Shown one piece after another: positions 1-10,500 of a stretch of 64,000 nucleotides of DNA. The notes under the pieces are model-generated. The model was not told the DNA's origin and did no database searches. It was given only the letters and a program-made list of their open reading frames with translations. Numbering within the stretch: position 1 is the stretch's first letter; each line of letters begins with the position of its first letter. This stretch comes from Lama guanicoe (lineage: Eukaryota), in NCBI GenBank assembly GCA_013239625.1, contig MU054220.1, forward strand, positions 2,541,374-2,605,373, in the 5' to 3' direction. A program made the position numbers and the translations under genes.

Positions 1-1961
1 GGTCACAGGAAGGGGAACATACTCTGGGACGCCTTGAATTTGGGGATGGACCCGACTGCCGGTAACACCGTTTCTAGGCCTAGAGCTCTTCTGAATCCTG
101 CCCAGAGAAGGACCCAGCTGGAGGTGGGTGTGGGTTGGAGAGCTTCCCGACTCTGGAGCCCGGCAGCCTCCTCAAGGCCGGGCTGCCTCCTGTGACCTTC
201 CCCCACTGAGGTTCCTGGTCCAGGGTCGGGAAAGGGGGCAACCAGCTCCGGAAGGAAAGACTAGAGCTTGAAGTCCATCTTCTTCCCCCTGGAAATCCTA
301 TGGTTCCCCCTTGCATCATCTTTTGTCATTGGGACGTGCATTACCTGAACCTCACATCTGTATGATGATGAGACCCTGGCTAGCTTCTCAGATCTAACAC
401 TTCCTATTCACCACCCCAGACTCATCTTTCTAAAGTCGACCTTTGATCATAGCACTTACTCTCAATTTGCAGTATTTAATGGCCCCGCCTTGCCTACCTT
501 GATCTTCCTACATCCTATCCTCCAATTTCATCCATTTCCTTCCACTCATCTGTGCTCCTTATTCTGGGAATTGGCATCACATCTGTACAGCATTGTTCAT
601 CTGAAATCTGTTGCTGTACTTCAAATTCTGAGGATCTGCTAAAATACCTGCTCTTCTAGGAAGTCTCGCTGGATGTCTCCAGCTGAGCCATACTCTCCTT
701 CCTTTCAGACCCCTTTGCCCTCTGCTCCTGGTGTCTAGTTTAGTCTGCTTCATCTTTCCCCACCGACTATGAGCCCAGGAAGGTGGGTGTGACCAGACTC
801 AACAGAGAAAGAGAATGGGTTACAAAGGGGGACAGCTGTACTACTTAGGCTCCTCCAACTATTATGAGCCCTGCAGTGGCCATCCTGCTCTGTGCCTTTG
901 CTTAGGTTGTTTCCATGGCTTGGAGTATGTCTCCTTCTCTGAAATCCTGTCCATCGAACAAGGCCATTCTCAAGTGCCACATCCCCCATGAACCCCTCCT
1001 GGCACTCCACTACAGATGCTCTCTCCCTTTTTCAGCCCCATAACTATTTCCTGGGCCCCTCTCCGGGCATTACCCTTCACCTTCAAACAATAAGTAACAT
1101 CTCCTTTGATTCTAACCACAACCCTGGGTGGTAGATACTATCATTTCCTCCATGTTACACATGAGGATGCTGAGATATCATTCAAGTGTGATTGATTTGC
1201 TCAAGATGGCTCAGGTGAGGTGAGTGTGTGGTGAGCCAGGATTTCAACCTAGGTCTTTTGGTCCCAGAATTCATACCCTTCTGTCCACCACACCCTACCT
1301 CCATGCAGCCTCCCACACAGTAACAGCCTCACATTTGCCGGTTTCCCTCATTGGTAAACTCCCAAAAGGCAGCTGCCTCAGCTCTGCCTTCCCCCTCCTG
1401 GTCCAGCAATCCTATCTTGGATGAATGGAATAGATGAAATTGCATTAAACATCTTGGCCACAGGAGAGCTTCCTCCCTAAAGCCAAGTTCTAAGGAAGCC
1501 CAGTTACTGGAGGGGGTAGGGCTGGGCACTTGGGAGCTCCCCCTGCCCCACTTTGCTCTTAGGATTGCCTTTAGGATTGCTAATTTTCCAAACAGCCGGG
1601 CCCAGGGTAGCCACCTATACCAAGAATTATGGTAGTTCTGGCTGGATTTGACATTCCCTCACAGCTGCTTAGCTGCTGGGTTTCCAGGTTGATTTTTTTT
1701 GTTCAGCTCTTTCCTGCAGAGCACTCCCCACTCAATCCTTTTTAAAGTGAAGCTTCTCCCCTCTGTCCTCACACCTCCCCCATGTAGGACCAGCTGCTGA
1801 TAGCGTTATTTTTTAACTGTGGCTCTGGCTGCCCTCTTCCCAAGAATCCAAGGGAAAGATGAATGCTCCCCCTACCACACCAGCCTGACCACCTGCCACA
1901 GCCTCTCCCAGCTGAGCTTGCTCCTCTGAACAAGTCCAGCCCATCCGTCTGTGCTCAGAAA

Positions 1962-2130
1962 ATGATAGCTAATGCCTTTTGAGTGTTTACTGCATAACTG
2001 ACCTTGTGCTAAGAGCTTCATGTGCAAGCTTTCACTTACCCCTTGCAGCACATTTCTGAGGGTGGGTACTATTTTACAGATGAGGACACTGTGGCTTCAA
2101 GAGGTTAAGTAATTTTCCAAGGTCACACAC
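1962..2130 (-). mobile_element. MIR SINE (one of many in the window, e.g. near 8030, 29740, 31920 and 55640)
   Basis: MIR core TTTTACAGATGAGGA..AGAGGTTAAGTAATTTTCCAAGGTCACACA. Confidence 0.7.
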
Positions 2131-3426
2131 AGACGTGCAGCACAGTTGTCGGTGCCCAGGCCCTTAACTGCCACTCTGATGACAAAGAGACTCAGTCTCC
2201 TTTGGAGGTGAGTTGCCAGCCTGTCTTCTCCCTCCCAGTGACCCAAGGGGTACCTGTTACCCACATCCGATAGGTACTCTATTTGGCCAGATGACTCCTG
2301 GGGTCATCCACCCTCCGGAATTGGAGGCTTGCCAGGGCCCATCCCAGCACCAGGCATCGCCCACAGTTGTTCTCCCTGCTGCCAGAGCTTTGGTTTCCAG
2401 GTGTAACAAAGGGTTTGTTGTGGCAATCTGAGGAGGATGGCTGGCCCTGTGAAAGCCATCGCACGTGTGTGCAGCAAGGCAAGCTGCCAGGGCTGCCAAT
2501 AGAGTGCAGAGGCTGCAGCTCCATCACTAGGGACGCCCTGGGGATGCACCCCCTCAGGGGCGATGACACAAGGCCCTGAGGAGGTGGGCTGTCAACCAGT
2601 GGCTTGTACAAGGGGATTAACCCTGCCTCCTAAGGTAGGCAGGGAGGACTGCCTGGGATGGACAGGCATAGGGTGGTGACTGCTGACGACCACATTGACC
2701 AGCTTGCCAAACCCTGGGCTCCACAAAACCCCAAAGTGCTTGGATCTTGTGCAAGAATAAGAAGCTGGGCTGGAGGGAAGGAGGGAGGAAGGGGTGCTGA
2801 GGTAAGAGACGGGGAGCTGGAGGGGCAACATGAGCTCTGAAGCCAAACAGACCTGTCTTCAGATACCCACTTTGCTACTTACTGGCTGTATAACCTTGGT
2901 CAAATCATTTCACCACTCTGAACACAAGGTTCTTGATCTGTAAAAATACTCACCTTTTAGGATTCTTTTGATTCTTAATTGGGACATGTAAATTTCTCAG
3001 TCCAATGCCTAGAAGATGTTTACAAGTCAATAATGGAAGGATGCTAGATTCCAAGCCCTTTGATATCAGGAGCCGGGTCTTGTTTGTGCTCCAAGGTCAG
3101 CATGGTGCCGTACACAGAAGGGATAGCACAGAAATAGCTGTTGAGTGATGAGGCTTTGTCTCTGATTCCTCTGAATGACTATTTCAAACTTTTCCCCTTT
3201 CCCCCAATTCAACTCCCACATCAATGCTCCCCGTTGCCCCATTCCCAAACTTCACAGCCATGGAGGGACCCCCCCTCCTCAGTTTGGATCTCTCCACCTG
3301 CTCCCTGGAGCCCTTCCCCACCCGTCTCATCCATCATCTTCCCTCTCTGTTGGTTCTTTGTCTTTTAGGAATAACCATGGTTAACTCTCTCACATCTAGA
3401 AGGGCAGCCCCAGACTGTTGTTCTTA

Positions 3427-3547
3427 ATTTTTCTGGGGTGGGGGAAGTAAGTTAGGTTTATTTATTTTTTAATGGAGGTACTGGGGATTGAACCCAGAAC
3501 TTTGTGCATGCTAAGCAGGCACTCTACCACTGAGCTATACCCTCCCC
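3427..3547 (-). mobile_element. tRNA-derived SINE (camelid Vic-1-like)
   Basis: Minus strand reads GGGGAGGGTATAGCTCAGTGGTAGAGTGCC...GGGTTCAATCCCCAGTACCTCC (A and B boxes) plus an A-rich tail; flanked by AGCCCCAGACTGTT repeats. Confidence 0.85.
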
Positions 3548-3599
3548 TAGCCCCAGACTGTTCTTGATCTCACCTGCATACTGCCTATAGTTGCCATCC

Positions 3600-4860
3600 T
3601 CTGTGACAAGTGTTTACCTACATTCCCCATCGGCTCCAGTCTTTACATCCATTCCACCTGTTCCCACTTCCGCCCAGATCTCACTTCTGCCCCAGTTCTC
3701 CCCAGCACAGCTCTAGCCATGGTCACCGGTGACCTCCTCATGGTCAAAGCAAATGGACACATTGTCTTATCTTTTCCAACCTCTCAGATGGCATCTGATA
3801 CCTGTGAGCAGGGCTCCTGGAAGCTCTCTCTTCCATCAGTTTCTGGGGCACTCACCTCTCCTGTTTATTTCCTCTCTCCAACCAATCCTTTGCATTCCTC
3901 TTCCTCTGCTGTCTCTTAATGGCCCTCTTCCCTGGAATTCTGTCTGCATCTCTCTTCCCTTTATGCAGACCCAAGACTTTAACATACCGCTTGGATGCTG
4001 ACAATTTCCTAATCTCCGCCTGGGATGCCTTTCTGCCAAGCCCTAGTCTTGCATGCTAATGTAAACATTCTACAGGCAACTCAAATGCAACATGTGCTAA
4101 AATGAATTCTTTTTCTCTCTAAACCTGCTCTTCCTCCTGCATTCCCTGTCTCAGTGAACCATCTCATGCGCCACCGCCACCGTGGTCTCCAAGACAGACA
4201 CCTAAATGTCATGCCAGGATCCGCCTTCTCTCTTGCACTCCACAGCCAATTTGATGTCAAAGCCTGTGGATAATTCCTTCTAATTAGCTCTGGAATCTGT
4301 CTCATCTTCACTATACCCCCTGCAGAGCCCCAGGGCAGGCAAATCTGATTATCTCACTCTCCTGGCTTAAAAATTTCACTGGCTCTCCATCATCTTTACA
4401 ATAAAATGTTCTTTCTTTAGATTCTGCAAGGGCCATCCTTTCCATCAGGGCCAGGATGAGGGTGAAGCAAGCTGGGTTCCTAAGGTGCCAAGTTTAAAGA
4501 AGTACTCATTCTCAGGGCTGTACCAGTGCCTCCTTAAATTTGGCACCGTAACCACCCCCTTGCCTCAGCTCAGTCCTGGCCCTGCCTTTTTGTGGCTCCA
4601 TGTCTGCACTTGACATTTTCCTCAAACACTCTAACCCCTTCTGTACCTGGCCAAGTCCTACCCATCCTTTAAGACTCAGCAAAGGGCCACCTCCTCCCTG
4701 TTGCCTTCCCTGACCCATGAAATCTGAATTACATGACACTCTTCTGCATTCTCTTAGCATCCTGTATACCCCTCCATCACACTGATGACTGGTTACTCCC
4801 CAGCCTCCTCCACCAGTCTGGGGGCAAGTGTTGAAGGCAGTTTGTTGAATGACTAATCAA
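3600..4860 (+). mobile_element. Degenerate L2 LINE (boundaries approximate)
   Basis: Pyrimidine-rich L2-like motifs (GTCACCGGTGACCTCC, CTCAAATGCAACATGT) ending in GTTTGTTGAATGA. Confidence 0.55.
4446..4584. mobile_element. MER91-like hAT-Tip100 MITE
   Basis: Terminal inverted repeats CAGGGCCAGGA...TCCTGGCCCTG and internal palindromic symmetry. Confidence 0.7.
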
Positions 4861-5684
4861 GGGACTGGATGAATCAATCAGGAAAGGGAGCATGCTAAAA
4901 GTTATTATTAACAATAGTAGCTTCAGCTGAGCCCAGGCTTTAATGGCCTTGTATAAAGGCCTGCGTATTCTAGTAGTTAAAACTGATGCCAGCGGCAGAC
5001 AAAGTTCCCCATAAAGTGGTCAAGATGAGGCTATGGGAGGAAGGGGGATGGAACGGGGCTTGTGAGGTTCCATAGTTCTGCCTGGTCTTGTCCAGCATTC
5101 CTTCCGGTGGCCAGCTGGTGTAGGCATCATCCTACCACCTTGGCCCTGCTTCGTACTATGAAAGAATCATGCCTGCTTGATAAAGTTCACATGCCTTAGG
5201 CCTTACCTAAGGCCTTTCTGGATCTGGTGCCTGATCACCATTCAGCCTCAGTTCTCAGTATCCTTGCTGTCTACCTTCCGGCTGTTCTGAACTATTTGAG
5301 TTTCCTTGACGTTTTCCTGCTCTCTCTCACCTTTGAGGCCTTTGCCCAGGCTGTTCCCTTTCTGGAATGTCCATTTCTCTCTCCTGCCTACTTCCAACAG
5401 TCCTTCACGTCACCTCCACCAGGAAGCCCTTGCTGCTTGTCTGGGTGAGGCACCCTCCTCTGTGCAATAATAGCATCCCTAGCTTGGTCCTTAGCTCACT
5501 GTATTGATCCTGCCTCTAAATGCACAGCTAATCTTTCTCAGATTTACTATGTGTTGGGCCCTGTTCTAAACACTTTGTATGGTTTACCTCATGGAATCCC
5601 TACAACAGCCTCATGCATGGAGTGTTAATTATATTCCCATTTTACAAATGGAAAAGTGGAGGCTCAGAGAGATTCAAGTTACAT

Positions 5685-6364
5685 AGTATCTTACTTTCCT
5701 ATGTTGCATAACAAATTACCACAAACACAGGTGGCTTAAAACAATAAGTAAACCTAATTACCTCTGACCCAAAATAAATAAAAAATAAAAATAAATTAAA
5801 CTAAACTAAACAAACAAAAAAAAACACTTGTATGAGCTCAGTGTCCATGGCTCAGAGTCTGGGCACAGCTTAGCTGGGTCCTGTGCTCAGACGGTCACCA
5901 GTCAGCATCCAGGGACTGGCTGGGCTCGGGTCTCATCTGGAGGTAGGATCCTCTTCCAAGCTGTTCCAGTTGTTGGCAGAATTCAGTGCCTTGCCACCAC
6001 AGCATGAGGCCCTCAGCTCCTAGAGGCCACCCTCTCCATGTGGTACACAACATGACTGCTTCTTCAGGGCCAGCAGGAGACTTTCTCTTCAGCAAGGGCT
6101 CAGTCGTTCTTTTAATGGCTTTCCTTATTACATCAGGCCCACCCAGGATAATCTCCCATTTAATCAACTCAGAATCAGCTGACTGGGGACCTTAATGACA
6201 TCTGCAAAAATCTCCTTACTTTTTCCATAGAAGGTCATCTAATTATGGGAGTGACATCCCCTCAAACTTACAGGTCTCCTCCCTACCCTAGGGGAAGGGA
6301 TTAAACAGGGCGTGTACACCAGGGGGCAGCATCCTTGAGGCCATATTAGAATTCTGCCCAACAC
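5685..6364 (-). mobile_element. MaLR MLT1-family solo LTR, interrupted at about 5745-5825 by a 5'-truncated SINE tail
   Basis: Minus strand begins TG..GGGCAGAATTCTAATATGGCC; the plus strand has ATAACAAATTACCACAAA...GGCTTAAAACAA, typical of MLT1. The insert AAACCTAATTACCTC plus A-rich tail matches the SINE 3' end. Confidence 0.75.
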
Positions 6365-6409
6365 ACACAGCTAGCAAGTGGCAGCTCCCATAATCAAAGC
6401 AGATCTTCT

Positions 6410-7468
6410 TACTTTGAATTCTGCGCCTTTAATCTAGCTGAGGAAAAGGATACAAGAACTAAGAAACTGGCAGGTCTTAGGAGGACCAACCCAGGTTCTG
6501 GGTGTAAAGTGTCTGCCTGGCCCACACTACTCAGCAGCAGTAGGTACTTGGAGGAGACTTGGCGTGGGGGCACTGCAGCAGAATTCTTTGACAATGTAGT
6601 TTGAAATTCTGCACCTGGCTGGAAGAGGGGACCCAATACAAATGCTTTCTCAAACCCCTCACCCCCAATCACCCCCAATCAGAGTATAAAATAAACATAC
6701 CCTTCCTGCTCTATCCCTCAGTCCTATCTCCGCCACCCCAACCACAAAGAAAGGCACACAGTCAGGAATTGATGCTGCATCTTTTTTTTTTTTTTTACTT
6801 TTGCCTTCTTAAAGCATGTGCTGAGCTGATGGGGGAAGCAGTTTGGCAATTTAAAAGGCCCAGCGGCTTGGGCAGCGGCAGGGGGAGGCCAGGAGAGGGA
6901 GGAGACCCTCTTTCCTGGGCCAGGGAACAGCAAAGCCCGCACTAACTTCATAAAATATAAAACAAGGGAGGGGTGAAAGGAGGAGGAAGACTTGTAAAAT
7001 ACAATATCTTAGGGATTGGCAATAATAAAAAATAAGGTTCATTATTTACAAACAATTTCTGTTCTTGGTCTCTGTACAGTGGAGGGGAGGGGAGGTGTAT
7101 GTGTGTGTGTTGGTCTGTTGACGTGTCTGTGTGTGTGTGGCGGGGGTGGGGCAGGGAGGCAGTGGTCCTGTTGGTCATTATGAAGGAGAGGGCTATCCCA
7201 CTGAGTGGTTTATCTGAGAAGGACGGATGGTTTTGGGAGGGAGGGGTGAGAACAGAGTGGTTGGCCCAAGGGAACAGTCCAAATGTGGGGTTGGGGGAGA
7301 GGCCCCAGTCAAGATCTGAGGCAAAGACTGGCTGGGGAGAAGTGGAACCCTTTCTCCTGGGATGGGACCCCAGGGAGCAGGGGTATGAGCCGGATCCGGG
7401 TTGGTGAGCAAGACGACCCCCTTCCGGGGGCCAGAGGGTATGTCCTGGGTCCTGGGTCTTGGCACAGC
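6410..7468 (-). other. CREB3L1: CREB3L1 3' UTR (distal end uncertain)
   Basis: Non-repetitive sequence after the stop, with U/AU-rich blocks. Candidate ATTAAA on the minus strand at 6428-6433, just before an LTR. A15 tract at 6782-6796. Confidence 0.55.
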
Positions 7469-7505
7469 CTAGGAGAGTTTGATGGTGGTATTGGGGCCCA
7501 GATCC
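7469..7505 (-). CDS. CREB3L1: CREB3L1 exon 12, coding part
   Basis: ctccag|G GAT...TCC TAG; (R)[11 protein letters not shown]. Confidence 0.97.
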
Positions 7506-10500
7506 CTGGAGAGAGAAGATAAGTCAGGGGTGATGCGGCCCAGGGAGCCCCTCCCACCCCTCTGCAAGCTGGATCTGGACATGGGAGGGATGGGGCCTTG
7601 GCAGAGTGTGGCTGACTTGGCGACCAGGGGCAGGCAGAGAGCAGGTGGAGCCTGGGACCCCGGGAAGGGAAGGGGCCATCCACCCACCTCTCGTGGAACC
7701 ACTCCTTAGGGTGGGAGAAGTCAGGACTGGTGCTGTTTCCACCGACGTCCTTTGGCCAGGCCTCACTCAGGTACTTGCTGGTCTCGTGGGTGCTGTCCAG
7801 GTGGTCGTGCTGCAGGTGGTCCTGGGGTCGCTGCTCTGCCGACCCCCCAGGCTTGATCTCCCAGCCATCCGGGGGCTCCACAGGCAGCAGGGCGCTGGGG
7901 CCGTCCTCCCATGAGCCTGCGCTCTCATCATAGAACAGGAGGCTTCGGGAGGGCACTGGAGAGGGAGCTTGGGGTGAGCCATGGTGCCAAGAGGCTCCCT
8001 ATCTGCACAGATCACATTCAGGGCTTGATAGTTAAGGACACGGACCAGGATTTCACAGGCCTGGATCTGAATCCTGGCTCTAACAACTCCGAGCTGTGTG
8101 ACTTCAGGCAAGTCATGACTTTGGTCTTACCTTTCTGAGCCTCATTTGCTCATCTGTAAAATAGGGATACTAGGGCCAATCTCACGTTGATGTGAGGTTT
8201 AACTGAGATAATAGAGGGGAAGTGATGGAAGCTGCACTCAGAGAAAGTTAGCTCTTCCTAAGCAGAAGGTAACACAGGGTACTGCACTGGGGATCTGAAA
8301 GCTGTTTTTTTTTTTTAAACCACATTTTTTTTTCCTTTAGGGGAGGCACTGGGGATTGAACCCAGGACTGTGTGCACGCCAAGCATGCACTCTACCACTG
8401 AGCTGTACAACCCCACCAACAGAGCTGGGTTCTGATCCTGCTCTACCGCTCACTTTCTGTGAGACCTTGAATAAACCTTCTCCCCATTCTAGTCCCTAGT
8501 TTGCCCTTCAGGGAAATGAACAAAAAAAAAAAACACAAAAAACCCCACATTTGTTGGAAACCTACTATATGCCAGGCATTTGTAGGCATCCTTTAACCTA
8601 ATAATCAAATCATTAACATCTCACAGAAATTCTTAGAATGAGATATTTTTTAAAAAAAATCTTTTTATCTTGGGGAAGGAGGTAATTAGATTTATCTACT
8701 TATTTATTACTTTTGGTGGAGATGCTGGGGATCGAACCCACAACCTGGTGCATGCTAGGCATGCACTCTACCACAGAGCTATCCCCGCCCCTCAGAATGA
8801 GATATTTTTAGCTCCATTTCACAGAACAGGTAATTGAGGCTCCAGGTGGTCCCAGGCGAGTCCTCACTGAAGGTGAAAGGCAAACCCAGGTCTGCCTGGC
8901 TCCAGGACCACCACCACCCTTTTCACTCTCAGGGCTCTGACCTCACATTCTAAGCCAGAGGATCCCCCTGGAGCGGCACAGTGCCCCAGCTCTGTAAGCC
9001 AGCCTGCTCCAAACATCATTTCCTCCTGCAGGTATGTCCTCCTCTTGCCCTGCCCAGATGCTGGGCCTGAATCCCACTGCCATCCCCCCCCCCCCCGCCC
9101 CCAGTGGCTCATTCATTCCCTCACTCCTCTGACTCTGGTTTTGGCCATCAACACTCCTCCACTCCCCCATCCCCAGCCTCCTGATTTCCACTCCTCCTTT
9201 GCCAAGGTTCCCTCTACCTCCGAACACACCTAGCTCCCTCTGGCCTTGGAAAAATGGACACGTGACTCTCAGGACCTTACATCCCTGCTGTCTGCCTCCT
9301 TCGGCAACTGTCCTGTTCTCTCCTTCTCAGGCTGTTCTTGTCCAGGGAGTGGTTTTCACTCCCACCTCTGCTTCCTCTTCCCCTAACCCTCCCCATGCCT
9401 CTTCCTCCCCTCAAGGTCTATCTCATCCTCCCTGCAGTATCCCTCCTTCTTGAAACGCCCTTCTCCCCAGCTCCTCTCTCTCTGACCTCCCATCTGTTTC
9501 CTCTTCCTCCTGCTCTGCCAGATAACTCACTCCTGGTAAATGATGAAGGACCATCAGGAAGTTCCTCTGTAGGTCTATCTGAAGTATCTTCTGCCTCTGG
9601 AAATCCATACTATTCTTTGCTGTGCCCTATATTTGCATGTTGTATCTTTTCTCTCCTCTTCTGAGCTCATCAAAAAGGGAGTGAATGTGCTCATTTAGTC
9701 AGCACCTGCTGTGTACCAGGCGCCACGCTGAGTGTACATGCCCCATGTCATTCGGTCTTCACAGCAAACATGCTCAGTAAGGGTAGAACTTGGAATTCCC
9801 ATTTTCGAGATAAAGAAATTAAAGCTTAGCATGCTTAAGACACGTGCCCGAGGTCACACAGACTGGCAGCGGCAGGTATGGCTGACTCTGAAGCTCCATG
9901 CTCTTAACCCTTGTACTTCACACCCTCCATGGGATGGTAAATATCATCCCGTACCACCACTACTCCTCCTCTGCCCATGATAGACATTACCAGTGGATCC
10001 TGGCACTCCTTCCTATTGATCCCGAGTGGTACCTCAGAGTCCTTCAGGCAGGCACCACCATCTTATTAAAAATGGCCCTGGAGCCGAAACTCATTTGCTA
10101 TCCCAGTTGTGAGATACTGATGGTCCTTAGCAGATGACCCATACCAACTGGCACCATAGTACATGGGGGCTAGTGTGAGAACATTCCTGTTATTCCCTAA
10201 AACTACCCTCCTCATACCCGGCCCAAGCCACTCCTGGGTGAGCTGGGAATCAGGGGCTCTGCATTGTAGTCCCAATCCGATAGCTAACATTGAACAAATC
10301 ATAGACCCTTTGGGGGCCCCAGTTTCCCCATCTGCAAAATGGGGAGGTAGAATGAGACAATGCCAATCCCACACTTGGTTCTTCTCTTGTGTCTGGCTTC
10401 TGCCCAGAGGTGGGGGCTGGTGGGGGAGAGGGCAGCCTGGCTTAGAGCACTCACTCTGACTGGCCGCGTAGACGCTGTCAGTGGCCATGGGGTCTTCCTT

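Noticed and set aside
1..5600. Exons of a downstream neighbour (DGKZ follows CREB3L1 in human)
   Set aside because: No CpG island and no recognisable coding exon here; mostly L2/MIR remnants.
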